A DNA stretch of 64,000 bases. Origin: the human T2T-CHM13v2.0 reference genome, Homo sapiens. The notes below the pieces were generated by a model. That model was not told the DNA's origin. It did no database searches and was given only the letters and a program-made list of their open reading frames with translations. Position 1 is the stretch's first letter. The number at the start of each line of letters is the position of its first letter. Positions 37,030 through 50,645 of this stretch are shown in pieces. The stretch lies in NCBI RefSeq assembly GCF_009914755.1, contig NC_060932.1. One strand, given 5' to 3'. The position numbers were made by a program, and so were the translations under genes.

Positions 37030-39586
37030 CCCTAGATGATATTGTGTTGGTTCCACTAGTTGGAATTCACCAACTCTGGTGGAAAGCCATTGGGGGTGTT
37101 TCCTCATTGTTTCTTTTTTAGGTCACTCTCACTTCTGGTTGCAGAATGGCTTATAGAAAAGCAAGAATGAAAACAGACCCGTTAGGTTATTCTGAGTATC
37201 CAGTGAGGTTATTCTGAGTGTCCAATGAGAAATGACAGGGACTTGGAACATGGTGGCAGGGAGAGAGGTGAATGGCTTTTAGATCTACTTTTGCTATGGT
37301 GTGACAGATTGGCTATGAGGGATGGATGAAAGAAAGACATTCGGGATAATTTTTGTGAAGACTTGGCACGTAGAAAGGATTCAATAACATTAGGTACTGA
37401 TGTTATTAATATGCTCTCTGAAGTCAAAGGCTAGTGAATCTTACACCTCTTTAGGTTTAGCACAAGTCTGGTATACAGTAGGAGCCCAATAAACCCTTGC
37501 TTGCTGAATATCTCTGGTGTGTTACTGTGTTAACAAGTGGTCATTGTCATGTTAATTATTGTATGTTAATAACAAGCTCCTGGTGATAGAGTTAGACATC
37601 ACCTGTATTTGGTACTCTTGCTTAGATTATTTATAAGTCAAAGTATTATTCCCAGTTACAGAAGCCCTGCTGATAAGGAACCTCTTACAAGAGGGTTAAG
37701 TGTGAATTAAGGATACTGAACATGATATTGATACACATAGAGAACCCAATGTTATTTGTATATTACTGCAGAACTTACAGTTCTGTGTTTTCTCATTCCC
37801 ATGTCTCTATAATCACAATTTTAAAAGGGGTTCATTGCTCATCATAATATCATTCATTTATCTATTGAGATAATCATTCATTAAATATTTTTTCAAACTC
37901 TCAAAATGATGCAATTTACTGAAGAAAAGGTTACTACTCTTACAGAGCTTCAGGCAAGTCAATAAGGATAACTGAGTGTGATAAATGCAGTGATGGATGG
38001 AAGGTTAAAGACAGTGCAAGCCCAATTAAGGATGTCTAGTCTCAGGGAAGGCTTCCTGGAAGAGGTGATATGTGAGCTGAGTTTTGGAGCACAAGCAGAC
38101 TTTAGCTAGATGGATAAGAGTGACAATGGTTTTAAGTAGAAGAAATTGTATGAGTGAAGCAACGATGATATGACAAAGATGATGTATTCATGGAGCTTCA
38201 AATAGTTGGATGTGGAATTAGGCAAGGGCCAGATTATAAAGAGGCTTGTGTACTAAGCTGGGGAATATCAACTTCATCTTGAAAGCTACTGGGGGCTACT
38301 GAAGGATCTCTTCTTATTTGAAGTACGATTTACATAGAGAATAATGTACATATCACAGGTTTACAGCTCTATGAATTTTCATAAAGTAAAACCACTCTCA
38401 TAAACAGAATCTACCTAGAAGCAGACCATAATAGAACCCTAGAAGCCTCTTGTGTCCTCATACAATCACCACTCTTACAAGGAGGAGGGAATACATTATT
38501 TCAATAATAAAGCAAAAGCCCAAGAGAGAATAGCAATCATTTTGACAAAACCATTACCAACCATACTCTTATTGAGCACTTACTATGTGTCAAGCCCTGT
38601 ACATGAATCATTTAGTTCTCACAACAACTGATGAGGTAGCTGTGAGATTTCAGTGTATATAGGTCAATACAGAAAAATATATGTCCACAGTCTGCTGTCA
38701 TCTCTCATCATGTGTGTTTTGCTAAACCTTAATGTTCCAGTTGTCAACAGGGCTGGGATCAATTTGCAACACATACACATACAGACAATGAAACAGATCA
38801 AACTTAGACCTTGATTCATTTGCTTTGTAAGGAAAAAACAATTTGCAAGGTAATAATAATAAAGCCAGAAATAGGACAACATTTAAAAAACTTAAAAAGA
38901 CCCAAAATATCTATTTTGGAATAGCTTCCCGAGTCTGAAAAATGGTATTTCTTAAATGATCAAGGCAACCAAAGTAGGGTACTTTGATATTCTCTTAGGG
39001 CCAGCTTATATTTATAAACCTGTTTTGTTCATTTAAAATGAATATTCTTTCCTGGCGGTCATTTAGGAAACCGCACGAATGAAGCCCAACACATTTGCCA
39101 CCCTGGTCTTATGCTACCTGTGAGAAGAAAGTAATTTTATTCTGGAGTATGACAGGCTAGGTTTCAGTACATTTTCTAGCTGAGTGACCTTCCTTCAGCA
39201 TCAGTTTTTTTTTTCCCCCAAACCATCTGGGATAAGGAGATAAGCATCAGTTTTTTTTTTAATCTGTAAAATGGGAACGATAATTAGCCTCTCATGGAGT
39301 GGCTCATGTGAAAATGACAACTAGAGTCACTAACATAAGTGGGAGCTAAATCCTTCTCCACATTTATTTTCTTTTACACTTTAAACCCTTAACATGAAAC
39401 AGAAAAAAAGGCTAATACTAGTGCATTTACTTTCATCCCTTGCCTCTTTGACAAGTCACAACTATCTACAGTATCTACAATAAAATTCTCCCTTTTCCTA
39501 TAAGCCTGTAGGTACGTGTGTTTTTTGTCCAGTTGTATCCTGTAGAGTTTTGGGAAGGGAGTCACGGACAACCCAAACTTACTAAA

Positions 39587-40038
39587 TGTGGTAGATTGCT
39601 TGCACATATGTGCATAATAATTCCTTTTGGCTAATGCCTTACATGTTGATTCTTGGCTTAGTCATGCTACTTGCCTTGACCAATGGGACAACAGCAAATG
39701 TGGCATAAACAGAATCTTCAAAATTGTTTGTACATTAGGGCTTATGTTTTCTTTTGCAATGCTTGGAACCGTGAGACAACTATATGAATGTACCTGCACT
39801 AGCTTGCTGGAGGATGAGAGGGCACATGGTGAAGAATTAGATGCCCTGGTCCACAGTCTTCCAAAATACTAGGCATGTGAGTGAGGCTGCCCTATACCAT
39901 CCAGCAGCCAGAGTCAGCAGAGCTGATCAGACCAGAACTCTCCAGCCAACACACATTTGTGAGCTAAGTAAATGGTGATTGCTTTAAGCCACTACATTCT
40001 GGTGTTACTTTTTTACAGAGCAAAAGATAATTGATACA
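39587..40038 (+). mobile_element. MLT1-family MaLR solo LTR
   Basis: tgtggtagattg...cttgccttgaccaatggga...ggcatgtgagtgaggctgcc...aaatggtgattgctttaagccacta...gcaaaagataattgataca. Confidence 0.8.
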
Positions 40039-40774
40039 ATGAATTAACACATATGGAAAGACAGGATGGTTGATTAGGCTACATGACTAGGAAGGAGGGC
40101 TAACGGCTTCTGAGTGCTCCTGTTGTGTGTGGCTGTTGTCACCTAGCTTACCTCATGTGATCCTCACAGCTACTCAATGGAGCAAAAAAGCATATTTTAT
40201 AGCTAAGAAAATAAATCCAGAGAGATACTATATATCATTCAAGGACATATCACAAAGTGGGAATTAGTATCTTGTTTTATAGTTCTGAGTATATTGACTC
40301 AGAAATGAAGAAATTTGCTCAAGAGACTCAACAATGCAGATGACAGAACCAGATTTGAAAACTTGGTAAGCTTGACACACAAGCCAATACTCTTTTGAAT
40401 ACTCTTGATAATATGTGTATACAAAGTGCTTCCAAAGCTGTCTCTCTGTCTGTAGAGTAGACTAGCAACCTATCCAACAAAGCACCCTTCGTTTGTGTGG
40501 CCCATTATCCCTTGATGGGTTTTCCACCTCCCTAACTTCTGAGCTTTATTATCAAGAATGGCAGCCTTTGCTGGCTCCTGTCTTGGATGAGGGACAGATG
40601 CCCTGTGCCCGGGATGCTTTCTCTTGGGGGCCTGAATCCTGAAGAATCAAAATTACTTACAAGCTAATGGCTCTAGCTAGAGACACTAGAGACTGATGAG
40701 ATCCAGCTGGAATGGGGCATAAAGGACTGTGGTGGGCATGGTAGCCAAGACCTCCACATCTCTTCCAAGCACAG

Positions 40775-41025
40775 CCAGTGCAGTATTTTTTAAATTGGAG
40801 TTTGTGACACATTTGTGAGCTTGAAATCAAATTTAGTGGATCATACCCAGCAGGCAAAAATGAAATAGAAGAAAATAGAAAATATCAGACTGTAATAACT
40901 ATAAAGGTAAGTTTTTTTGTGAAGATTTCATTTGTTTTATATATGCCTGTATGCCTTTGTGTACTAAATCATCAAGTAAAATGAACTTCTTACTGGGAGT
41001 TGCAGTTGAAAAAATAAAAAGGCCA
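40775..41025. mobile_element. hAT-Charlie-type MITE (approximate)
   Basis: cagtattttttaaattg...gaaatcaaatttagtggatcatacccagca...aaaatagaaaatatcaga...ttcttactgggagttgcagttgaaaaaa. Confidence 0.5.
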
Positions 41026-42499
41026 TGAGTATTCCTTCCTGAATAGGTGAGGCTGGAAAGCTAATGATTTAATTTCCCAGAATCCTTGCAGCTCTGGATG
41101 TTGCTTGAGTTTTGCCAGTTAGATGCACCCCTGCAAGATTTAAAACGTGAAGGTTAAAAGGAGAGCATTCTTAGCTACTTCTGCTTTTCATTCCTGGCAA
41201 CCACAGTTACGGAGATAATGGATTTTTAAATAGCAGCCCTCCAGTGTCTAGTCACAAGTTTTGTGGCTGTTCAGAAGGTGGCTATTGTCCACATATTGCC
41301 AGGGTGTATCTAGAAGGCGACATACCTCTGGAGCTAACAGCTGTGGCAATGGTGGTTTTCTGACCTATGCCCTTTATAATAAATGGGAAGCTGCTTCACC
41401 AGGTTCAGAAGAGAAGCTTCGATCTATCAAGAGAGAATTTCACCCACCTCCGAGGCCCATGGGCAAGAACAGTGCTGTCCTCTTGTTTAATCGTGGGAGA
41501 GGTGAGAGGAGAAGGAAGGCATTTTATAATTTAATCAACACTCTCAAAAATCCTTTCTAAAATTCATCAGGCCCTTAGAAATTATGTACACCCTGGAAGT
41601 TCTTCTGACCATATATTTGCAAATATTGCACCACATATCTCTCTACCATCCCACTCCATACCCAAAGAACATGCGTACTTGACTCTGTTTGACTATTCAA
41701 TTCAATTCCCTTCAATAAACAGTAGTCATGCTGACATGTGACAGGCTCTGAATGTGCTGCTGGGAGTTAAATATGTCACCATCCTGAAGAACACACAGTC
41801 TGTGGGGAATGCAGGAGCAAGAAACTCCCAACCACAAAACAAGGTCCATTGTAGAAGCAAGAACCTTGAACTCTGGGGACACTAAGAGTGACACGGGGGA
41901 TGGGGAAAGGGTACCAGTTGGTGTCAGTCCCTAAATTAGTTAAACCACAAGCATTTATTTCAAATAAGTGTCACAGTGATTCAGTGAGGCAGGCTGGATT
42001 ATTCCAATGTAATAGATAAGAAAGCTGAAGCACGTAAAGTTACATTCTTTGCTCAATTTTATACAGCTAATGAGATGCAAAGCTGGTGTTCCAAACCAGG
42101 CCTGTCTAACTCTATTGTCTATGTAGCCATTAAGTTGTCTATAAATACAGTTAACAGTCTCTCAGAAATTCTTCTGCTGAAAGAATTCTAACATTGAAAG
42201 ATCAGAAGTCACAGATAGATTGGGGTGTTGTTAGCTATTGGACAATTCCCAGTGACACTGCCCGCAATTCTGAAAATTACTTTTATACTATAGTAACTTC
42301 AAAATCCCTTAAAATGCATGCTATAATTTGTGATGGGGGCAGGATATTTTATAAAAGCTACTAAAATATTACTTCAGTATGCTAAAAAAAACCACCACCT
42401 ATCTTTTGGAAAACTGCAAATGGTGGTGTGGAAAAGACCTTTACATTGTAAGTTTCCTCACCACCCCTCCAAGAACATTCTGTCTACTCCAAGGGGATA

Positions 42500-42700
42500 G
42501 CAGTAGTGATTGATCCAGGTTTTGTGGGTCCTGAGACTTAAATAACTTGGGGGTGGGGTAAGAGAATACTCTTTAAGAAAAACTGTGAAAATCATAACTG
42601 CGAACTTGCTAGGGCCCCTCTGAAGGCCTTAGAAGGGGCTTGCGAGTGAAGGCCTTTGAAGCTTAACCATCATTGGCTTGATGATAAGGGCACTTGTGAT
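42500..42700. mobile_element. MER53-like hAT MITE
   Basis: gatccaggttttgtgggtcctga...ctctttaagaaaa...ggccttagaaggggcttgcgagtgaaggcctttgaagcttaa. Confidence 0.6.
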
Positions 42701-43959
42701 AAAGCAAACTGTATTTCATTATTGTAGGTGTCGGAAGATGCTAACACCTTGGATAACTACCTAACCCATGACTGCATGTGGACAGATAAAGCAAATTATT
42801 GCCTATTTCAAGTATTAATATGCGACAGTTTCCATAGATACCTGATTATCCCTATGCCATAATACATGCTTCAGAGGTTATTTGAACACCATCATCTACA
42901 TAGCGAATTCTTAGTTTCTAATTCAATTTTTATAATTCTGAAGTCATTTCTTATTCATTGATATATATTTTATGCACTCATCTACTGAAATTTAAAAAAT
43001 ATTGAATTTATATTTTATCTTGATGTGGAACTGAGCTTTTCACATTTATTCAAGAAGATCATATTTTAATATCAATTGGAGGAGCTAATTTGGAAGTTGA
43101 AAGATAATTAAAATTCAAATAAGAAGCCCTTTGCTTGCAGCATTCTCAGGAGATTATATATCCTCCTCAAATATGATATTTAAAAAATTTTAAAAATAAT
43201 TTACATTTGTAGTGTGTTTACAGTTAAAAATTACCTTTACATGGAGCTCATTTTATATCAAAACAACCTTGGTAGGAATTATTAAAATGGTTTTACAAGT
43301 GAGGAGACTGAAGCTCAGAGATTACCTTGCTCAAGGCCAACCTGTCCCATCGCGCAGGACATCAACCCTGTATTCTGCTTCTGCTGCATCTCAGCTATCA
43401 AGAAAACATGACCATCCAGGCCAGTGCTCCGAAACAGAAATTGATCAGAGGCTGGAAGTCTCCACCCCTTTACTACTATATCTCCTCACATTGCCTGGAG
43501 AAACTGCCCGGGTCGGGTGTGAGCGCATGGTGTTTGCAACCTCCTCCTCAGAGCCTTTAATAAATGGAATTGTCACTTTTCACACCAGCATTTAACTGTA
43601 AGCTTGTGTCAATTTTCTGCTCATGAGAAGAACAATGATCAATCCAACCTTTCTTACTTATACTCGAAAAACAGAAAATATCAGAATCAACAGAGCTTAC
43701 TTGGACAATACTTGTAATACTCATTCATTCAGTGGGTCTCTTGTTTTTTGAATCATCCATAAGGTGTAATCCAACCTTCTTTGCTTTTTTCCTCTTTTCA
43801 TACTCCAAACATCTCTATTGGTTTCTCCCTTTACTTATTTAAAATCAATTCAGTCTCTGGTAGTCTGAGGATTTTGCTTTCTGTGGAATGTATATATTTC
43901 ACAATTAAAGAAAATGCCTAAAGGAGAGAAGCAATAAATATGGACTACACCACTGCCAG

Positions 43960-44170
43960 TGAGAGCTCTTATTGGGCACCTACTATGTTTCAAGATTTGC
44001 ACATGAATTATGTGATTTAATCCTCATAACAATTAATGAGATAGGGATATTTATTACCACTATTCCACAGATGTGTAAATTGAGGCACAGAGAGGTTAGG
44101 TACTTGTCCTAGGACACACAGCAAGTAAGTGGCAGCACCCAGATGTGCACACAGGCATCTGGATTCATTA
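43960..44170 (-). mobile_element. MIR SINE
   Basis: ttattgggcacctactatgt...atttaatcctcataacaa...acagatgtgtaaattgaggcacagagaggttaggtacttgtcctaggacacacagcaagtaagtggcag. Confidence 0.85.
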
Positions 44171-46263
44171 GTGAATTCTCCTTTTCAGGCTCTGTGTTGC
44201 AGAATCTGATTTAGAGTTCATCCTTTTCTTGGGTGCAGTGGATCACATGGGGCTGACTCTCGAGTCATAATCTTTTCCATGATTCCATCTAATCTATTGT
44301 GAAATATCTTCCACTACTCATTCATGCATCTGACAAACTGTTCTTCAGCAAACGTGTAGTAAGGAATGAGTTAGTGGCAGGCCCTGTGCTCTGCACTGGG
44401 GAGAGCAGTGGAGAAGCTTCACTCTGCCTTCACCATGCTTGCAGTCTGCTTGGCTGAGAAACTGAAAATGACTATAATGAAATATTAATTACATTACCAT
44501 AGAAGTCAGCACAAGGCATCATATGTCCCTTGCATATTCCAAAGAGATTCTGGAATAATTGTGTGAAAACTAAAATGCTTTGAGCTGTTGGGGAATCAGG
44601 GGTTGTAAAGATGAAATATTTACATCCCTGTAATTAATATACAAAAGACATGGCTCCCATAAATCTAAATTGCAAATTCAGTTGGACAGTGAGAATGAAG
44701 AAAGAAGAGTTAATGGATTATAGAGTTCAACAAGAACATTCTCTGTTGGATATGAAAATTCATCAAAAACTAGCCTCTAATTTACTAAAGAGAGAAGAAA
44801 ATGATTCTTCAATATCTGTTGATAATAATCACATATTTGGGGAAAGAGAAATGCTCATTGGAAATGTTCCTTAAGTTAATTATTACTTTACTCATTTGAT
44901 ACAGTGTTAGTGAATGTTTAAATATCAGGATAGATATTATAGGGGGAAAATCACAATTCCTCCATGGATCAAGGAACTTGTAATCCAGCAGAGGAGATAT
45001 GAAGACATGACATATATAACTCTAAGACTAAGTTGGAAACTGCCAAGCTTACCAAACTCTAGTTTGTTACAAAAAAATTCTATTTAAAAATCTCCTCTTG
45101 TTTTTAATTCCGGCACCTAACTCAGGACTTGGTCCACAGTATGTATTCTATAATGCAGTAACCTAATTAGATTTTGATAAGATGTATTTGACTATCACCA
45201 AAGCTCTGAAGAGAACTCTTGAGTGGAAGACTCTAAGAAAAAAGTCAATTAGTATAGAATTTTGATTGGATTTTAATGCCTTTGCTGAGTCCTGAATAAT
45301 GAAGTGATCAAACAAGCGTACTAGATGGCCCCTGGACCAAGCTGTGCCTGAAGCCTGCTTAGAAATAGAACTTAGGTCTAATGCTGGTTGGGGCGGAAGA
45401 CAGTCTACCATGGAATAAGTAATGTTCTATGATTATTAGCAGTTTTCTCATACTTGGTGGGTAGGAAAGGAGAAAGCTGGAGCCTTTAGAATACTTTGGA
45501 AGAGCTACAAGAGCATAAAATCCCATGTGAGAAGGGCAAAGGGAGCTCCCTGAAGAACGCACTATCCTCAGTCTAGTCAGGACATATCACTGTGGGTGGG
45601 AGCCTTCATTGGAAGCTGGCACCTTCATGGGCTACTGGGTCTTTTCCTCTGGGTAGCTTTAGTGTGTGTTGAACTATATCTTTTCCCTATATTAAGACAA
45701 CTCATCTGATTTCCCCACATCACTATGTGTATTCCTGTTGATCACATTACAGTCCTGTTGTGACAATTGTACACCTGCCCCTGGATATTCAGTAACATGA
45801 GGCAATATGTTCTTCTTATTGCTAGAACCAATATGAGTTGAGTTTCCTGTCATTTGAGGCTAAAGGAGCGTGCCCATGTGGAAGGGAGGGCTAGGGCCCT
45901 CCCAGTGGAGAGAGGGGTAGATTGTGAAGAGCATCCCATGTTGAAGGACATCGTAGCATAATAATTGGTTATATGGGCTCTGGAGAAGACTGTTTAGGTC
46001 TGAGTACCAGGTGTACAACTTACTAGCTGTTATTTAGCCTCTATGTTTTTCAAATTCCTCATCTATAAAATGGAGGTAAAAAATTCACCCACTTCATAGG
46101 ATTTATCTGAGGATTGAATGAAGTAATCTATGTGAAGTACAGAACCTCACACATAGTAAATGCTATATCAGAGCCAGTCACTGTTACTTCCATCCAGGCA
46201 ATGTTTAAGGAGGGGAGAGAGGTAAGAAATGGGTCTGACTTCATTCTAACAGCAATAGGAAGT

Positions 46264-46710
46264 TGTATTAGTATCCTAAGCTGGCATAAAAAATTACCAC
46301 ACAATTTGGTGGTTTAAAACAATAGAAATGTATTCTCCTACAGTTTTGGAGGTCAGAAGTCTGAAAGGAAGGTATTGTCAGGGTTGGATTTTTTTCTGGG
46401 GCCCTGATGGAGAAACTGTCCCATGTCACTCTCCTGGCTTCTTGTGGCTGCCAGCAGTCCTTGCAGATGCCTCGCTCCAACCTCTGCCTCTGTCTTCATG
46501 TGGTGCTCTTTTGTGCGTTTCCTGCTCCTGCCTCTGGGATTCTCTGTGTTCTCTTCTTATAAGGATACCAGTGATATTGAATTAAGGCCCACCCTAATCA
46601 AGTGTGATTGCATCTTGAATAAATCTGTAAAGATCCTATTTCCAAGTAAGATCACATTTTGAGGTTCGGGGGAACATGCATTTTAGGGGGACACTATTCA
46701 ACCCAGTACA
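46264..46710 (-). mobile_element. MLT1 (MLT1C-like) MaLR solo LTR
   Basis: TGTATTAG...ggtggtttaaaacaatagaaatgtattctc...gacactattcaacccagtaCA, with perfect 5-bp TSD GAAGT at 46259-46263 and 46711-46715. Confidence 0.9.
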
Positions 46711-49006
46711 GAAGTCATAGAGATGACCTAACTAGTTTTAGATTTTAGAAGGATCACTCTGGCTGCAGCCTGGAGAATGAATTGCAGGGAACCAAAGGGT
46801 TGTTACAGTGATGCAGGAGAGAAATGGAGAAGGAAGTAGGGTTAGAAACGTTGGGAAAAAATGTGGAAAAAAGATGGATGAGAAAGAGAATTAACTGCTC
46901 ATAATTATTACTGCATGTCAGGGAAAATGGAGAGGACGGGTAGTGTGAGCTTGAAGAGTTGGTGGACAAGTGGTGCTGTTTGTTCACTAAGATAGGAAAT
47001 ACTGCAAGGGCAAATGTTTTGGGAAGGAAAGATCAATACTTGTTGAGCAAATGAAGGATGAAATAATGGTTTTGCCCTATGCCAGATTTCCTTTTGCTTT
47101 GACGGCATAGTTCTCAGCCTCTGTCTCAACTTTCTAGATTCCAATGGCCGATCAAGAGTAGTGTCAAGGTTTTTAAAAGATAAACTTGGAATTTTGGACT
47201 TTTCATAAATAATTTACAGAATAGCACTGCATCACAGTGGCCTCCCTACCCCACTTAAGTGATTCACTAGCCTATCTACTGTGAAAGGCTGTCAACAGTA
47301 TACACTAAACACTCATAGCTAGCTGGTTCTTTCAAGTCTACCCCCCACGTCTGCTAGCTGTGTCCTATCTTTCTTTACCAAGAGGCAGTAATGTTTGTTT
47401 CCAAATCTGTTCATGATAAGCAAGCTTTCGTTTCTATGAAAAATGAGTTGAATACTACACTATACTCAAAACTTTCATTCTAAAAACATTGCTTTCAAAT
47501 GAGGTGTGGGCAAGACATTTGCAAAAGATTAGAAGGAAAAAAATTCTAGGATGGTTTTACACCAAGATAGCTGAGATAGTGCCGTTAAATTATTTTACCT
47601 CTTTTATAGCCAATCTATTTTGGGTGTGACTCATGCAAAATAGTAAATGTAGAATTCTGGTCAACTGACCCATACTCAAGTCCCACTAAAATAAGCTATT
47701 TTAGGCATGGGTTATTTAAAAAATACTTATTTTATTTTTCTCCTGCTCTATTTTACTGCCACTCTTGAAAAGTGCCTTCAACTGTATCAAGGCAACAGAG
47801 CATGTCTTCTCTTCAGCATTTTATAGTTAGGCTATATTAGGTTTCCAATTTCAATTTCTTTAGTCAAAATTATCTGCACAGACTTTCAAGATAAAAAGCC
47901 CCCACAGAGTTCTTCAGTGGCTCCTGCAGCTCCTCCAGGCTGGATCAAAGGTGTTGAGGTCCCTGATGGTGATTGATTTCTGCTTTCTGGATGGCCTCAG
48001 TATGCAAATTATAATTGCACATGAGCATAGGGTCATGAACTGTCTTTGAATCAAGGGTAGCATTAAAAATTTGTATTGCTTGTGGATGCCAAATTTGAAT
48101 AAGAACACAAATAACAAGAAGAAAAACTGTTGTTACTAGAATCAGAATACCTTCTACTTTGAAACTTAGGATATGGCCTGGGTGATCCAACAGTTCAAGG
48201 ATCAGCCATGACCCTCAGCTCTCATCTATTGAGGCCCCACTATGTCAGCCAATGGGTCAGATGCTTTCTATATACTGCTTGATTTTCTTACAACCAGCTT
48301 GAGATCTAGGGATTATTATCTTCGACAGATGTTGAATCTAAGGTTGGTGTACACACAGTCACCCAGATATAGACTTAGAGCTAGGAATCAAATACAGGTT
48401 TGTTTTTCTTCAAAGCCTTCACTTCTTCCGTCATGCCAGAAAATGCAAATAATGCGCTAGGAAGATTGCAAAGAACCAGGCAGCCAGATGGAACACAAGA
48501 GCTGGTGTCCTACCCACATCGGGTAAACACAGTTCTTTGAATGAAGTCAATTGTTACAGGGAGATCAGAGGCCATTAACGCTGGTACTGTGCTTGCCACT
48601 CAAAACCTTCCTGGCAATTGAAGGGAAGCATGGTGCTAACCCTGATATAAAACAGAATGTGATAAACTCATGTTAACAAAAATGTCTTAGTGCCAAAAAG
48701 AAAGAAATAACTTACAACAGGAAACATTAGAGGATGCTTCATAAGGGGGGCGGGGCATCTGAGCATCAGATTGGGGCGTTGGTGAAATTTTCACAGAAAT
48801 AGCCCTAACATTTGTAGAATTCTTTACAGCTGAAATAACACTTTTTCAGGCATTATGTTATTTGTCTCTCAAAACACTCCTGTGGGTTAGGGAAGGAATT
48901 ATCATTTCTAATTGAGAGATGAGGAAACTCACATACAAAATGGTTTGACAACTTGCTCAGAGTCACACTAGCAAGTTAGAAATAGAAATGGGACAAGCAT
49001 CTAGGT

Positions 49007-49328
49007 CAATACTGTCCAATAGAAATACAATGTGAACCACATATATAATTTAAAAATTCCATAAAAAATTAGCCAGAAACAGTTGAAATTCATTGTTAAT
49101 TGTATATTCTAGTTAACCAAATATATTCCAAATATCATTTCAATGTATAATCAACATTCAATTAGTTTGTAAAAAGTCATTAATGAGATATTTTGCATTT
49201 CTTCTTTTTTTGGATTGTCTTTAACATCTGGTGTGTATTGTACATGCACAGCATGTCTCATTTTAAAACAGGCACGTTGCAGATGCTAAATATACACAGA
49301 GGGCTAGTACCATACTGGACAGAGTAGA
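49007..49328. mobile_element. MER33-like hAT-Charlie element
   Basis: actgtccaatagaaatacaatgtgaaccacatatataatttaaa...ttaatgagatattttgcatt...gctagtaccatactggacag. Confidence 0.75.
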
Positions 49329-49429
49329 GATTTTCTGACTTCTAGCCCAGTGTCTTTCTGCTCTGCTGAACTGCCTCACAAATATATGCAGAGTGGGAGT
49401 GGAACATCTCATCCTAATGGAGCAATAGT

Positions 49430-49860
49430 GGCATGTCATTTAGTTTCCTGGCAGGACATAGCTGGTACCTCAAAAGGGATAATAAAAGAGAGTTACTGAA
49501 AAATTAAGGTACTCAACAATGGATGGTAAAGCACCCCAAGGTTAGGAAGGGCAGGCAGCTACAAACACCCATGGAATCTGGCAAATCCTTTACTCTAAGC
49601 GAGGGCTGCCTAATAGGAACTGTGGCTTTTGGTAGATAAATGCAGCCACTGTAAATCTACAATCCAGCAGGGTAGGATATGGGAAGATAAATGTATGGAC
49701 GTCTCTGTCCTCCCACACTCTAGTTCACATCCAGTGCCTCCCATTGGCCGAACCCAACAAGAAGCCAGAAGGTAATGAGTCTGTTGATGAGATCCATAAA
49801 GGCCACACTCCAGGGGCAGAGAGAATGGCAGAGAAGCAGAGAGGGAGGGAGACAGATAGG
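49430..49860 (-). mobile_element. Ancient ERVL-type LTR (LTR41/LTR33-like)
   Basis: ccagtgcctcccattggccgaacccaacaagaagccagaagg motif typical of these families. Boundaries approximate. Confidence 0.5.
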
Positions 49861-50401
49861 GAACGACCAGCAAGAAATCCAAGGCATAGACGTGCGGGGC
49901 ATCTTTGCTGGGCTGTGTGAAGTGTTGGAGTACAAAGTGAGAGGTAGCAAGTGACATGATTGGAATGTCACGCTGGGGACAGGTGGTGAATGGGCTGTGA
50001 TGCAGGGTAAATGAAATTGGGTGGGTTCTATGGGCAGTAGCAATCCTGGGGCTTTCTCACATTTAGTGTGAGGTCTTATATAATCCAAATTAGGCACTAA
50101 GAAGATGATCCTGACAGGTGTAATACTCTGTGCTGGGGTTTTGAGATGTGAGTTAGTCATACACCTCCCTTCTCAAATGAACCAACTGAGAAATAGATAT
50201 GGAAGACAGACAGGAATCGACCAAATCAAATCATTCAATCAAAGCAGCCACTTTATTATTGGCAAATGAATGGGAGACTTGGCTGCAAAGGAAGCAGACA
50301 TGAGCTTCCTATTTTTTCTTTCTGCTCTATAGCCACAGTTCCTCAGCCAGAGGCAGAGTAGCTGGCTACTGTGGGCTCACTGCATCAGTGGAATCCCTGC
50401 A

Positions 50402-50645
50402 GGGAGGACAGCAGCCTGAATGTCTGGGCTTCCTATCAGGGGTAGGGGACAGGAGCCTGCATGGGTGGGCTCCCTGTGAAGAGGACAAGAGCTTGCATGG
50501 GCGGGCTCCCTGTGTGGGACAGAGGAGACTGCATGAGTGGGCTCTCTGTGGGGAGGACAGGAGCCTGCATGAGTGGGCTCCCTGTGGGGAGGAGAGGAGA
50601 CTGCATGAGTGGGCTCCCTGTGGGGTAGACTGCCTGTGGGGAGGA
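50402..50645. repeat. 36-bp minisatellite, about 5 good copies plus degenerate flanking units
   Basis: Unit approximately GGACAGGAGCCTGCATGAGTGGGCTCCCTGTGGGGA. The 12-aa periodicity is visible in overlapping ORFs. Confidence 0.9.

Noticed and set aside
49610-50160. 115-aa and 146-aa minus-strand ORFs
   Set aside because: They overlap an old LTR, begin at non-ATG or weak starts and show no protein similarity I can recognise.
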